A DNA stretch of 64,000 nucleotides from an uncultured Bacillota bacterium (GTDB taxonomy: Bacteria; Sysuimicrobiota; Sysuimicrobiia; Sysuimicrobiales; Segetimicrobiaceae). Below, one piece after another: positions 25,756 to 36,293 of the stretch (position 1 is its first letter; every line of letters begins with the position of its first letter). The translations under genes and the position numbers were made by a program. Where the stretch lies: NCBI GenBank assembly GCA_963804645.1, contig CAWDRG010000002.1, forward strand, positions 96,001 through 160,000, given 5' to 3'. Under the pieces are notes generated by a model. It was not told the DNA's origin, did no database searches, and saw nothing but the letters and a program-made list of their open reading frames with translations.

Positions 25756-27003
25756 ATGATACCGACCAGCGCACGCCGCTTCCTCTGCGCCGTGGCCGTG
25801 ATGGGCGTGTGCGCGCTCGTGTGCGCGGGCATCGGCGGCGCCCAGGATATCAAGCCGCTCACGGTCAGCGTCACCGGCGGTCCGGCCCCGGTCGAAACCC
25901 TTCGGCTGGCACTGGAGACCGCCGTCCGCGCGGCCCTCCCCGAAGCCCGGGAAGCCCAGATCGATGTGGTCGCCGTCGCGCCGGCGCTGGCGCCGCTGAA
26001 CGCCGGCGCGAGCGCCAGCGTGCGCGCGACGGTAGTGATCTCGTCGATCTCGGGACCGACGCTGCGCCGCACGCTCCCGGTCGTGTTCACGAACGCGATC
26101 CAGCCCTGGTCCGACGCGCAGGTGATGCTCGTGAGCAACAGTCCCGAGACGCTGCCGTTCGGCAAAGTCTTGTACAACGGCACGCTGGTCTCCGGGCAGA
26201 TCGCCCGCCTCCTCTACCACCACCAGAACGGCTCGAAGACCGACACCATGACGTTTGAGGTGACGCTGAGCAATCCGACGTCGGGACCGCTGACGCTCTG
26301 GGTGACCGGCGCCGACGCCGGCCCCGCGTCGAACGAGGTCGTCGTCGGGCACGCGGCGGCCCTCAGGTTTCTCGATCAGGAGACCTTGCACGCCGGCTTC
26401 GGGATGACGATCCCACCCAACACCACGATGCCGCTGTTCGTCCAGAACGTGGCCCCGCTCGGGCTCGTGAGCGGCGTCGCGCAGGTGGCGCTGGTGACGG
26501 GCGATCGCCTCAACCTGCAGGTCGTCGCACGGCTGGGCGGGGAAGCGGATCCCCCGACGGCGAGCTACGCTCCGGACTTCGATGCGACCCACCAGCGCGG
26601 CGCGTTCGGACAGCCGGCGATCGTGCGGGCGCTCCAGTACGCGGCCGGCGGGCCGCCGCTGGTCATGACGCTGGCTGCCGACGCGGACCTGCTGCGGGGC
26701 GCGTCGAACGTGGCGCTGCAGGGCAATTACGGGGTCGTCTACACGTTCAACGTGGAGGTGTCGAACCCGACCGACGCGCCCGTCGTGGCCTCGCTCGTGA
26801 TGCACGCCGACGGGGGCCAAGCCCGGGGCGCATTCGTCGTCGACGGGCAGCTCGTGGACGGCCCCCTGGTCGAGGCGAATGCGCCGCAGCTCGTCACCAC
26901 CGTGCGTTTGCCCCCCGGACTGACGCGGACGCTCCAGATCATCACGATGCCGGAGAGCGGGTCCAACTACCCGGTGCGCCTGCTGCTCGGCCCCGCCCCG
27001 TAG
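25756..27003 (+). CDS. Secreted hypothetical protein (SNSPE and GNYGVVY motifs, reminiscent of DUF3370-like proteins)
   Basis: Signal peptide, GC3-rich codons, beta-rich composition. The family resemblance is from memory only. Confidence 0.72.
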   Translation: MIPTSARRFLCAVAVMGVCALVCAGIGGAQDIKPLTVSVTGGPAPVETLRLALETAVRAALPEAREAQIDVVAVAPALAPLNAGASASVRATVVISSISGPTLRRTLPVVFTNAIQPWSDAQVMLVSNSPETLPFGKVLYNGTLVSGQIARLLYHHQNGSKTDTMTFEVTLSNPTSGPLTLWVTGADAGPASNEVVVGHAAALRFLDQETLHAGFGMTIPPNTTMPLFVQNVAPLGLVSGVAQVALVTGDRLNLQVVARLGGEADPPTASYAPDFDATHQRGAFGQPAIVRALQYAAGGPPLVMTLAADADLLRGASNVALQGNYGVVYTFNVEVSNPTDAPVVASLVMHADGGQARGAFVVDGQLVDGPLVEANAPQLVTTVRLPPGLTRTLQIITMPESGSNYPVRLLLGPAP

Positions 27004-27040
27004 CCGCCGCCCGGACTCACGCGCGGCGTCGGGCCACACG

Positions 27041-28510
27041 CTATCGAGGTTCGAGCGGGACAAACGTCTCCGAGGCGCCGATGCCCGTCCACCGGACGGG
27101 CCGGCCGTCGATCACGCCGGAGATATCATCCGTGGTTCTCAGCTGGAGAAACGCCCGATCAAGCGGTGCCCCCGGCGCGCGCGCGGCCCCGAGGGGGGCG
27201 CTTGCGAGCCCGTCCCAGACGCGGACGTCCACCCGGACGTGGTCGCCGCCGTTCGTCGCCTCGAGCGTGATCGCCCCGGGGATTTTGACCGGGTGCCCGT
27301 CGAGCGTCGGGCCGGTATGCCAGCCCGTGTACGCCGTGCGCCGGATCTCGAACACGCCGACGAAGCCGTCCCGCCCCGAGCCAGTCGGAGCCCAGAGAAA
27401 CAGCGCCGCCGGGCGGGCCGCCGCCTCGGACGTCCCCGGCCCGTACAGCGCGCCGTACAGCAGCGCGCCGTGCTGCCCGGACGCTTCGCCCCACTCCCAC
27501 GTCACGTCGCGCCACGTGCCCCAGTTGTGGTCGTGGTAGGCGGGCGCGTCCCGCAGCTGGATCGACGCATCGCCCGTCTGAATCGACCCCGACATCGTGC
27601 CTCCGACGACGGGCACGACGTAGCCTGAGATCAGCGCGCGGCCGGCGGCCTCCACGGGAGGAAGGTACCGTCCCGGGGCCGGGGTGACCGTGAGGTCCAG
27701 TTGGAGGCGCGGATCGCGGACCGTAACGCGGTAGGTCCCGGACACGACCCAGACGCGCGCCGGCCCGATGCGCTGCGAGGCGGAGGTCGTCGAGATTCCG
27801 CCGGGATCGAGCGACGCGGGAAGCGCGAGGTCCTCGACCGGCCGGCCCGGCCGGCGCAGCCGGAAGAGGACCGCGCCCTTCCCCTCGCCACCCGCCACCA
27901 CCGTCAGGTAGCCATACGTCCGCGAGGAGGGATCCACGAAATTGAAATAGTCCCACTCCGCCCAACTGGGACGGGCGGAGGCGGCCGGTGCGTGGAATCG
28001 GTCGATCTCGTTGTAGAGGGCGTCCGACGTCGGGTCCCTCCACGCCAGGTCCGACGGCGTGTCGGCCGCGCCTGTGACCGCCCCCGGGACGCCGACCGCG
28101 CGATCGAGGGACGGGATGCCGGCCGATGCGATGGCCAGCCGCACTCCGCCCCGAGTCCGGACGTAGATCTGTCGATCACGCAGCTCGGGCGCCGCCGCGG
28201 CGATCAACGGCCCGACGCGCGGCCCCTCCAGCACGTCCCCGACCACGAACGCGGCGGAGGGAATCGTGAGGTAGAGGCCTGTGACCCCGTTGACCGCGAG
28301 CACCCCGGGGTCGACCCCCTCCGGCAGCAGGACCAGATCGCCTCCGGCCGCGAGGTTCGGATCGCGGGCCTGGCTGAGGAGGGCCTCGCCGACCGACAGC
28401 AGCGCGATCATGACGGCCACACCCATCCCGTAGCCGACCAGCAGCAGCACGGCCCGCGCCGGCCGGTCGGCGAGGCTGCGCCACGCGAGCATCCACACCG
28501 CGCGCGTCAT
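27041..28510 (-). CDS. Fusion: MacB/LolC-type permease N-terminus (TM1 plus part of the periplasmic domain) with a CrtC/AttH/lipocalin-like domain
   Basis: [32 protein letters not shown]-terminus, followed by EWDYFNF, YHDHNWG and WEW motifs. Confidence 0.75.
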   Translation of the reverse strand: MTRAVWMLAWRSLADRPARAVLLLVGYGMGVAVMIALLSVGEALLSQARDPNLAAGGDLVLLPEGVDPGVLAVNGVTGLYLTIPSAAFVVGDVLEGPRVGPLIAAAAPELRDRQIYVRTRGGVRLAIASAGIPSLDRAVGVPGAVTGAADTPSDLAWRDPTSDALYNEIDRFHAPAASARPSWAEWDYFNFVDPSSRTYGYLTVVAGGEGKGAVLFRLRRPGRPVEDLALPASLDPGGISTTSASQRIGPARVWVVSGTYRVTVRDPRLQLDLTVTPAPGRYLPPVEAAGRALISGYVVPVVGGTMSGSIQTGDASIQLRDAPAYHDHNWGTWRDVTWEWGEASGQHGALLYGALYGPGTSEAAARPAALFLWAPTGSGRDGFVGVFEIRRTAYTGWHTGPTLDGHPVKIPGAITLEATNGGDHVRVDVRVWDGLASAPLGAARAPGAPLDRAFLQLRTTDDISGVIDGRPVRWTGIGASETFVPLEPR

Positions 28511-29205
28511 ACGATAGCGCCGTCCTTCATGCGAATCCGCCGGTCCGCGTCCGCCGCCAACTCGGGGTTGTGGGTGACGACCACGACGGCGATGTCGTCC
28601 TGCGTGAGGCTCCGCAGCAGGTGCCCGATCTCGCGCCCCGTCGCCTCGTCCAATTCTCCGGTCGGCTCGTCGGCCAGCACCAGCGCGGGGCGGTTCGCGA
28701 GCGCCCGTGCGATCGCGACCCGCTGCATCTCTCCCCCGCTGAGCTGCCCGGGTCGGTGGTCGAGCCGCGCGGCGAGCCCCACGCGGTCGAGCAGCGCGCG
28801 CGCGCGCGCGCGCCGCTCAGGCGTCGGGACACCCGCTTCCATCATCGGGAGTCCCACGTTTTCCTCGGCGGTCAGCATCTGCAGCAGGAAGAACCGCTGA
28901 AACACGAATCCGACTTGGCGCAGGCGCAACCGCGCGAGTCCCGCATCGGTCAGCGCCACGGTGTCGTGCCCGAGCAGCGTCACCCTGCCCGCGCTCGGGG
29001 TGTCGACGCCGCCGAGCAGGTGGAGGAGCGTGGACTTTCCGCAGCCGCTCGGCCCGACGATGGACAGGTACGCGCCGCGCTCGATGTCGAGGCTGACGCC
29101 CCGCAGCGCGTGCACGGTGCCCCCCGGCATCCGGTAGTCCTTGGCGATGTCGCGAGCGGAGGCGACGACGCGATCGCCGGCCGGTCGGCCCGCGGCACCC
29201 GTCAC
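28507..29205 (-). CDS. ABC transporter ATP-binding protein (LolD/MacB-like)
   Basis: [44 protein letters not shown] overlap with the upstream stop. Confidence 0.93.
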   Translation of the reverse strand: MTGAAGRPAGDRVVASARDIAKDYRMPGGTVHALRGVSLDIERGAYLSIVGPSGCGKSTLLHLLGGVDTPSAGRVTLLGHDTVALTDAGLARLRLRQVGFVFQRFFLLQMLTAEENVGLPMMEAGVPTPERRARARALLDRVGLAARLDHRPGQLSGGEMQRVAIARALANRPALVLADEPTGELDEATGREIGHLLRSLTQDDIAVVVVTHNPELAADADRRIRMKDGAIV

Positions 29206-30422
29206 GAGAGCACCTCGGCGTGCAGGGTCGCCGAGATCCCGAGGCGAGCCGCGAGCGCGGCGGGGTAGACGCCCCCGAGCGCGCCCGTGGCGAGGAGCAG
29301 GACCGCGGTCCGTCCGACCGCCCCGGACGTGAGCGTGAAGAAGTGGAGGTTCTCGGGCACCCCCGGCGCCGCGCGCAGGATCGCGTCGAGATAGCCGCTG
29401 ATCACGAGCCCGAGGGCGATCGCGCCGGGCAGGCTGGCCGCAGCGAGCAGCAGCCCCTCGAGCAGCACGAGCGCGCCGATCCGCCGCCGCGTCATCCCGA
29501 GCGCCCGCAGCATCGCGATTTCGCCGACGCGCTCTCCGAGCGACAGGGTCACGATCGCGGTGATCAGCAGAAATGACACCAAGAGACTGAGCGAACTCAG
29601 AATCAGGGCGAACTGGTTGAAGTACGTGAGCCGCGCGCCGGCGCGGCCGAGAAAGCGCTGGATGCTCAGCGCATCCACGCGCGGGTCCTGCGCGTCGATC
29701 CACGCGACGAGCGCGTCGATGCGCGCGGGATCGGCCACCCGGATGAGGATCAGGGACACGGGGCCGGGGGCGCGCCCCTCGACCCGTCGGAGATCGGCCG
29801 TCGGCAGCGCGATCGACCGCTGCGTCGCGAGATCGAAGTAGAAGTCGCCGATGCCGACGACGCGCACCCGGGTCGGCGCGGCGAATCCGGTCAGCGCCGA
29901 CCGCGCGGCCGCGGACACGACGAGGGTGTCCCCGACGCGCGCGCCGTCGAGGCGCGCCATGACGGGATTGACGACGGCCGGGACCGGGCCGTCCTCGGGC
30001 GCGGCGTTCCCGCGCGGCAGGTCGCGCCCCGCCAGCAGCGCGTAGGCGCCGGTGCCGCCGTGCGGCACGCCGAGCGCGAACGACGCGAACGTGTCGTCGC
30101 CGCGGCGCACGTACACGTTGGTGGCGACGACCGGGACCACGTCGGTCACGCCGGGCCGGGCGGCGATCGCCGCCGCGAGCCGGTCCCCGTCGGGAATCTC
30201 GGCGTCCCCGGAAAACGGGAGCGTGCCGCGCGGGACGACGCGCACCGCGAACCCGAGGCGGCTCAGGACCTGCCCGAGGCTGGTCACCAGCCCGCCCGAG
30301 AGCATCGTCATGTCGAGGAGCAGCGCGCCGGTTACGCAGAGGCCGAGCACGACGAGGGCGGTGCGCACGGGGGCGCGCCGCAACCCCCGCACCGCGAGAA
30401 ACCAGAGGGCGGCCATCGGCAT
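29202..30422 (-). CDS. ABC transporter permease (MacB_PCD + FtsX), full length
   Basis: LAVRGLRRAPVRTAL (TM1), periplasmic domain, ERVGEIAMLRALG, three C-terminal TMs. Confidence 0.88.
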   Translation of the reverse strand: MPMAALWFLAVRGLRRAPVRTALVVLGLCVTGALLLDMTMLSGGLVTSLGQVLSRLGFAVRVVPRGTLPFSGDAEIPDGDRLAAAIAARPGVTDVVPVVATNVYVRRGDDTFASFALGVPHGGTGAYALLAGRDLPRGNAAPEDGPVPAVVNPVMARLDGARVGDTLVVSAAARSALTGFAAPTRVRVVGIGDFYFDLATQRSIALPTADLRRVEGRAPGPVSLILIRVADPARIDALVAWIDAQDPRVDALSIQRFLGRAGARLTYFNQFALILSSLSLLVSFLLITAIVTLSLGERVGEIAMLRALGMTRRRIGALVLLEGLLLAAASLPGAIALGLVISGYLDAILRAAPGVPENLHFFTLTSGAVGRTAVLLLATGALGGVYPAALAARLGISATLHAEVLS

Positions 30423-30424
30423 CC

Positions 30425-31318
30425 CTAGCGTCCGAGCTGCTCCAGCGGGCGGCGCCGCAAGAGACGCCACGCCGTGGCGGCGCCGGCGGCGACGCCGAGC
30501 GCGACCGAGAGGCCGACCGCCGCGAGCAGCACCGGAACCGTGATCTCGGAGAACACGAGCGGTGTGTCGAACAGGGCACGGTAGTAGGCGTTGATCAGGG
30601 CCGAGAGTCCGTACCCGAGGGCCACCCCCACGAGACTGCCCGCGAGCGCGATCGCGGCGGCGATCAGCACCACGACTGCCGCGACGGTCCGGTGCGAGAT
30701 GCCCATCAGCCGCATCACGCCGACCTGCCGCCGCATCTCCTCGCCCCGCAGGGTCATGATCGCGAGCAGAAACACGCTGCTCGCGAGAATGGTCACGACG
30801 CTGATTGCCCGATGGAAGCGCGCGATCACCTCGAAGGTGGTCGATCCGCGGGCGGCGAGATCCGCCGACGTGTACGCGCGGAACCCGAGCGCAAGCGCGT
30901 TCAGGCGGGCGACCACGTCCGCGGGACGGTTCGGCGGCCGGACGCGCGCGACCACGCTGTCGACGGCGTCTCCCCCGCCCTCGAGTGTTTGGAGATCCGG
31001 GAGGCGGAGCCGCACGTCCACGCGCGTGCGCGAGATCTCGGTCGGATAGACCGCGGGCTGGTAGACGGCGGCGACTCGAAACGTCCGCCACGGTCCGGCG
31101 GCGGTGGCCGACAATTCGATGCGGTCGCCCGGGACGACCCCGAGAATCTTGGCGGACCTGTCGGTCAGCGCGACGGGCGGATCGGCGCCGCCGGACGTCG
31201 GGGACACGGGACCGGCGGCATGGCCTCGGAGCGTGCCGAACCCGAGCAGCAGCGCGACGAACACGAGACACACCCCGGCCGGCCGAGCCCACGGCCGCGG
31301 GGCGGTGCGAGATCTCAT
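30425..31318 (-). CDS. FtsX-family permease lacking the normal N-terminus, with its own signal-peptide-like start
   Basis: MRSRTAPRP..VCLVFVALLLGFGTLRGHAA, then ALTDRSAKILGVVPGDRIEL, EMRRQVGVMRLMG and three TMs. Confidence 0.8.
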   Translation of the reverse strand: MRSRTAPRPWARPAGVCLVFVALLLGFGTLRGHAAGPVSPTSGGADPPVALTDRSAKILGVVPGDRIELSATAAGPWRTFRVAAVYQPAVYPTEISRTRVDVRLRLPDLQTLEGGGDAVDSVVARVRPPNRPADVVARLNALALGFRAYTSADLAARGSTTFEVIARFHRAISVVTILASSVFLLAIMTLRGEEMRRQVGVMRLMGISHRTVAAVVVLIAAAIALAGSLVGVALGYGLSALINAYYRALFDTPLVFSEITVPVLLAAVGLSVALGVAAGAATAWRLLRRRPLEQLGR

Positions 31319-31324
31319 AGCGAT

Positions 31325-31333
31325 ATGATAGCA
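31325..31333 (-). promoter_or_regulatory. Extended -10 (TGcTATCAT) placed for a leaderless transcript of the ABC operon
   Basis: TGCTATCAT ends 6 nt before ATG 31318; no SD is visible. Confidence 0.55.
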
Positions 31334-31404
31334 GGCCGCGACGCGACTACCGCGCGCCGCCAGCGCCGCAGGGAGCGACCGGGGCCGTCGTGGAACACCC
31401 TCCC

Positions 31405-32487
31405 ATGACACCCATCCCGATCGAGGTGCCACCGATCTTCGACGGTCACAACGACACGGTGCTGAGCCTGGAGCGCACCGGGCGGTCGTTCTTCGAGCGA
31501 TCCACGGAGGGGCACATCGATTTGCCCCGGGCCCGCGCCGGAGGGCTCGGCGGCGGATTTTTCGCCGTCTATCTGCGCGACCCCGTCGTCGTCGAGCAGG
31601 CCAAGTCTGGCGAGGTGTCGGCGGAGTGGCGGCGCGGCGTCTACGGCGACGAGCGGACGTGGCCCGAGCCGATGTCCCTCGAGTACGCGCAGTCGCACGC
31701 GCTCACGCTGCTCGGGCGGCTGCTGCGGGTCGCGGCGGCGTCGGAGAGACAGGTGCACGTTGTCCGTACCGCGTCTGAACTGCAGCACGACCTCGACCGC
31801 GGCGTCTTTGCCATGCTGCTGCACTTCGAGGGCGCCGAGCCGCTCGACCCCGGCGGAGAGGCGCTCGAGGTGTTCTACGCGGCCGGCGTCCGATCGGTCG
31901 GGCTGACCCACAGCCGCCGCAACCGCTACTGCCAGGGCGTGCCGAGCAAGTTCCCGAGCTCCCCCGACCTCGGGCCCGGCCTCACCGACGCGGGGAAGGC
32001 GCTCGTGCACCAGCTCAACGCGCGGCGGGTGATGATCGATCTGTCGCACCTGAACGAGCGCGGGTTCTGGGATGTGGCGCAGCTCAGCGACGCCCCGCTG
32101 GTCGCGACGCACTCCAACGCGCACGCGCTGTGCCCGCACCCCCGGAACCTGACCGACCGGCAGCTCGACGCGATCCGGGATTCAGGCGGCGTCGTGGGCG
32201 CCGTGTACGCCTGCGGCTTCCTGCGCGCCGACGGCCGGCGGGATACGAGCACGCCGCTCGAGACCCTCATGGACCACATTGACTACCTGGTGCGGCGGAT
32301 GGGACTCGATCACGTGGCGCTCGGCTCGGACTTCGACGGCACGACGGTGCCCGACGAGCTGCGCGACGCCGCCGGGCTGCCTCGGGTCGCGGCCGCGCTC
32401 CAGGCGCGCGGCTATCGGGGGGCAGATCTCCAGAAGCTGCTGGCGGGCAACTGGGTCCGCGTCCTACGCGAGACCTGGGGCGCCTGA
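31405..32487 (+). CDS. Membrane dipeptidase family (peptidase M19)
   Basis: DGHND, HIDLPR, HFEG, MIDLSH, ATHSNA, RNLTD, GSDFDG. Confidence 0.93.
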   Translation: MTPIPIEVPPIFDGHNDTVLSLERTGRSFFERSTEGHIDLPRARAGGLGGGFFAVYLRDPVVVEQAKSGEVSAEWRRGVYGDERTWPEPMSLEYAQSHALTLLGRLLRVAAASERQVHVVRTASELQHDLDRGVFAMLLHFEGAEPLDPGGEALEVFYAAGVRSVGLTHSRRNRYCQGVPSKFPSSPDLGPGLTDAGKALVHQLNARRVMIDLSHLNERGFWDVAQLSDAPLVATHSNAHALCPHPRNLTDRQLDAIRDSGGVVGAVYACGFLRADGRRDTSTPLETLMDHIDYLVRRMGLDHVALGSDFDGTTVPDELRDAAGLPRVAAALQARGYRGADLQKLLAGNWVRVLRETWGA

Positions 32488-32618
32488 GCCGACCGCCGGC
32501 CACAGGCGCGAATGGGGCCGCGCACTGACCGCGACCCGGGTGCGGCCGGTGCGCGAGGCTGGAGGAATCCGGAGTGGAATCCCCACGACGCGGTGCGCAC
32601 GCGTGCGCTGAAGATCAA

Positions 32619-34208
32619 ATGAAAGGCCAACGCGGAGAGCCCACCGTACACGCAGCACGGTCTGTGAGGACGTGGCTCCGTATCGACGTCGCCCTTGCCG
32701 CGCTGGCGTTTCTCGTGCACGCGGGATTCGCGAACCGGTACGATTTCTTCCGCGACGAGCTGTATTTCATTATCTGCGGACGCCATCCTGCGTTCGGGTA
32801 CGTCGACCAGCCGCCGCTCGTCCCGTTGATCTCCGCCCTGACGCAGGCCGCCGGCGAGAACCTTGTTCTCCTCCGGCTCGTCCCCGCGCTTGCGGCGGGA
32901 GCGACCGTCTTCGTTGCGTGCGCGATTGCTCGGCTGGCAGGTGGCGGCCGCTTCGCCCAGGTCGCGGCCGGGATCCCAACCGGACTCGCGCCGATGTTCC
33001 TCGGACTGTACGCGACGTTCAATACGACCGTCTTTGAGCCACTCGCGTGGACGCTCGTGGTCTACCTGGCCGCTCGTGCGATCGTCAAGGGCGACCACGC
33101 TGCGGTGCTCTGGCTCGGACTCGTCGCTGGCGTCGCGCTTGAAGTCAAGTATTCGATCCTGTTCTACCTTGGCGCCCTGGTCGTCGCGCTCTTGCTTCTC
33201 CCAGAGCGTCGCCTGCTGCGATTGCCGCAGGCGGGGATCGCGGCTGCGATGGCGCTCGCCCTTGCGGCGCCGAGCCTGGTCTGGCAGGCCATGCACGGCT
33301 GGCCGTTCGCCGAACTCCTCGCCGCCGCCCCCGGCAAGAATGTGGCAGTCGCCCCCGTGCCGTTCGTCCTCAATCAAATTGCCGTCATGAATCCGCTCTT
33401 CGCACCGGTGTGGATTGCGGGGGTGGTGTCGGGGTTTGTCGATCGCCGGCTCACGGCGTTTCGGGTCTTTGGCCTTGCGTTTCTGGTCGTCTTCGCCGAG
33501 ATCATCGCGCTGCACGGGAAAGACTACTACCTTGCGGCGGCGTATCCACCGATGTTTGCGCTCGGGAGCGTGGTGGTCGAGGGCGTCGTTCGCCAACGCG
33601 CGCTGCGCGCAGCCTACGTTGGACTAGCCGCCGCGGTGAGCGTCCTCGCGGCGCCGTTTTCGATGCCGATTCTCGATCCTCCGGCGACCGTGCGGTATAT
33701 GACGCGGCTCCATATCACTCTGCAGGGACGGGAGAATAACCTTGCCGCGAGGACGATGACGGTACAGGGCCGAGCCGATCGCAACACGGCAGCGGCCCTT
33801 CCGCAAATTTTCTCCGACCAGCTCGGGTGGCGCACATATGAACAGCAGATCGCGGGCGTGTATCATGCCCTCGGTTCCGAGCAACGCGACCGCGTCCCGA
33901 TCATCACCTCGAACTACGGCGAGGCTGCTGCGCTTGATTTTTACGGAGGGAGGGATGAGCTCCCTCCAGCCCTCAGCGGACACAACGAGTATTTCCTCTG
34001 GGGGACGCATGGATATGACGGGAGCGTCGTTCTGTTTGTCAACGGCAACATCACTCTCTACCGGTCGGCATGCCGCGAGGCGACGGTCGTCGGGACCTTC
34101 GGATCGACGTACGCGATGCCGTACGAGCGGAACGCGCCGATCATACTATGCCTGGGCTTGCGCAGACCGCTCCCACAGGTGTGGCCAAAGTTCAAGCACT
34201 ACGACTGA
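32619..34208 (+). CDS. GT-C glycosyltransferase (family 39 / PMT-2 / ArnT-like)
   Basis: YDFFRDELYF..GYVDQPP, KY, many TMs, K.YY, NYGEAAAL, SGHNEY. Confidence 0.88.
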   Translation: MKGQRGEPTVHAARSVRTWLRIDVALAALAFLVHAGFANRYDFFRDELYFIICGRHPAFGYVDQPPLVPLISALTQAAGENLVLLRLVPALAAGATVFVACAIARLAGGGRFAQVAAGIPTGLAPMFLGLYATFNTTVFEPLAWTLVVYLAARAIVKGDHAAVLWLGLVAGVALEVKYSILFYLGALVVALLLLPERRLLRLPQAGIAAAMALALAAPSLVWQAMHGWPFAELLAAAPGKNVAVAPVPFVLNQIAVMNPLFAPVWIAGVVSGFVDRRLTAFRVFGLAFLVVFAEIIALHGKDYYLAAAYPPMFALGSVVVEGVVRQRALRAAYVGLAAAVSVLAAPFSMPILDPPATVRYMTRLHITLQGRENNLAARTMTVQGRADRNTAAALPQIFSDQLGWRTYEQQIAGVYHALGSEQRDRVPIITSNYGEAAALDFYGGRDELPPALSGHNEYFLWGTHGYDGSVVLFVNGNITLYRSACREATVVGTFGSTYAMPYERNAPIILCLGLRRPLPQVWPKFKHYD

Positions 34209-34320
34209 CGTTGTCGGTACCCTCCAGGGGGGCGACCGCGCTGACTCGAGGGGAAGCACGCACGGCCCAGGACTTTTTCCTCTTATGGGTCTAACTCCGT
34301 TAAACGCTATCGCGCTTTGT

Positions 34321-34488
34321 TCATGGACGCCTGAGGAATCTCAAGTAGAAAGCTGCAAACACCAAGACAATGCCAATATTCACTGTCAGCCGTTCCCAGA
34401 ATCGGTCTCTGAAGAACACGAAATCTACACCGACGATGACGGCAGCCATCGCCACCACGTAAAGCACGACAGCTACCTGTCTGCCCAT
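34321..34488 (-). CDS. Small two-TM membrane protein (55 aa)
   Basis: MGRQVAVVLYVVAMAAVIVGVDFVFFRDRFWERLTVNIGIVLVFAAFYLRFLRRP; two hydrophobic helices and a basic C-terminus. Confidence 0.6.
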   Translation of the reverse strand: MGRQVAVVLYVVAMAAVIVGVDFVFFRDRFWERLTVNIGIVLVFAAFYLRFLRRP

Positions 34489-34833
34489 TTCAGTTCGGAT
34501 ACCCGATTCCACAAACTCATGGCGTGAATCGCGCCGGCGCCGTCGTTAGAAGATCCCCGGTAACAGGTGCCAATGCACTTTGGCACAATATTCCGTATAG
34601 CCGGGCAGATTTTGGGCAAGGAATTCTTCTTCGTCGAAGAGCCGCCAGACGAAACCGAGGATCGTGAGCACGGAGGCGATCAGCCCCCAATAGGAACCGA
34701 GCGCCAACGACGTTCCAATGAAGTACACTGCCGCGCTCGCATACATCGGATTCCGCACGATGGCGTACGGACCAGTGGAGATCACTTTTTGACCATGAAC
34801 GATCTCGACGGTTGCGGAGCCAAAAGAGTTTTC

Positions 34834-36293
34834 GCCTCTACCGGCTTTCGAGTGGGTACAGGTCCAGCCCTCCGCAGTGAAAGTAGATGGCCGTCTTGAA
34901 ATTGTCGACGTTCCGGAAGCCGCGTGCGGTCTTCTTGACCCACTGGATCGTGGCGTTGACGGCCTCGAGCCCGGCATTCGTGATGCGGTGGCGATGGTAG
35001 GTCAGCACGTTCGGTAGGTGCCTGCGGATCAGCCACGCGACCTGCGCCATAGGCTTGAGCCGGCTGTGCGTGGCGCGCCAGAACCAGCGCGCGAAGAACG
35101 TCTCCGCGGACCGGCGGTAACTGTACTCCCAGAAATGTCGGAAGCGCTCCTTGAGTGCCCAGGCGCGTCCCACTTTCAGGTCATCGCCGAGCAAGAGCCG
35201 GAAGGTGCGCCGCTGTTCGGGCTTGAGCTCGCTCGGCCGGCGTAGCCAAAGGTATTTCGTCCCCGTCAACCGACGATCGGAGGAGCGGGACAACTCCCGG
35301 TGTTCGGTCCGCCGCACCTTGTCCACGGCCGTGTGGAGATGCTTCACGACATGGAACTTATCAAACACAATCTTGTCCACCCCGTCGGGCACGTGACTGG
35401 TGACCGAGTGTATGTAGGGCTCCCACATGTCCATCGCGACGGCGGCGATGCTCTCGCGCTGGGCCGGCGTGCAGGTGGGCCAGAAGGCGTCGAGGCTTTC
35501 CGCTTTGCGATCCTCGTTGACGAACAGCACCCGGTGGCGTTGCAGGTCCGCCACCACGGTCAAGTACCGGTGGCCTTTGGTGATTGCCTTCTCGTCCACG
35601 CCGACGTACGGGATCGGTTCCGCTGTCCGGCGCGCCAGCCCGCGCTTCACCGCCCGGCTCTTAATCCCCCACGCTTCATCCCAGGTGATCCGGAGTAGGG
35701 CCGCCGCGCCGGTGACCGAGCATTCCCGCAGAAAGTCGATCGCCAACCGCTCAAACAACTGCGTGAACTGGCTGCCCGGCTCGGCCCACGGGATGGTGAT
35801 CTGCTTGATCCCGTGCTGAGCGCACTGCACCCGCGGGACATCGGCTTCAATCCACGTGCGCAGCTGGAGCGTGTCCAGATGCCGCCACCGCCGCGGACGG
35901 CGATCATAGCCCGGCGACGGCGTCTGACATTCCGGACACGGAAACGGGCCCGGGCCCGCCTCGACTTTCACCGTCACTTGCTCGCCGGGGATATCCACCT
36001 CCACCCCGACCACCTTCCACGGTGGCGTGAGCCCCAGGATCGTAGCGTATAACTCGACATCGCGCACCAGACCAGCCTCCTCACGAAGCGTTCCCGCCCC
36101 GCGGGTCAGATTGCGCCTGCCGACCATAGTGGCAGGGGTGCACCCGCCCCCGACGGCGGTCAAGAAGCGCGCAGCGCGCCGAAGGCCATGTTCTTGACGG
36201 CCGGCGGGGGTAGGTGTCTGGCTTTGAGCTGGTCGGCAGGCGTTGGTTTCTACTGGTCTACGCTATTTCACCCACACAACTTCCCGAAGAGCC
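34834..36293 (-). mobile_element. ISL3-family insertion sequence, 1,460 bp
   Basis: 8-bp TSD GAGTTTTC at 34826-34833 and 36294-36301. Imperfect IRs GGCTCTTCGGGAAGTTGTGTGGGT / GCCTCTACCGGCTTTCGAGTGGGT (16/24 identical). Confidence 0.93.
34838..36067 (-). CDS. ISL3-family transposase
   Basis: CPEC...C..H zinc finger, VGVDEK, AMDMW, FDKFH, TNAGLEAVN..K..ARGFRN. SD GGAGG precedes GTG 36067. Confidence 0.94.
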   Translation of the reverse strand: MRDVELYATILGLTPPWKVVGVEVDIPGEQVTVKVEAGPGPFPCPECQTPSPGYDRRPRRWRHLDTLQLRTWIEADVPRVQCAQHGIKQITIPWAEPGSQFTQLFERLAIDFLRECSVTGAAALLRITWDEAWGIKSRAVKRGLARRTAEPIPYVGVDEKAITKGHRYLTVVADLQRHRVLFVNEDRKAESLDAFWPTCTPAQRESIAAVAMDMWEPYIHSVTSHVPDGVDKIVFDKFHVVKHLHTAVDKVRRTEHRELSRSSDRRLTGTKYLWLRRPSELKPEQRRTFRLLLGDDLKVGRAWALKERFRHFWEYSYRRSAETFFARWFWRATHSRLKPMAQVAWLIRRHLPNVLTYHRHRITNAGLEAVNATIQWVKKTARGFRNVDNFKTAIYFHCGGLDLYPLESR

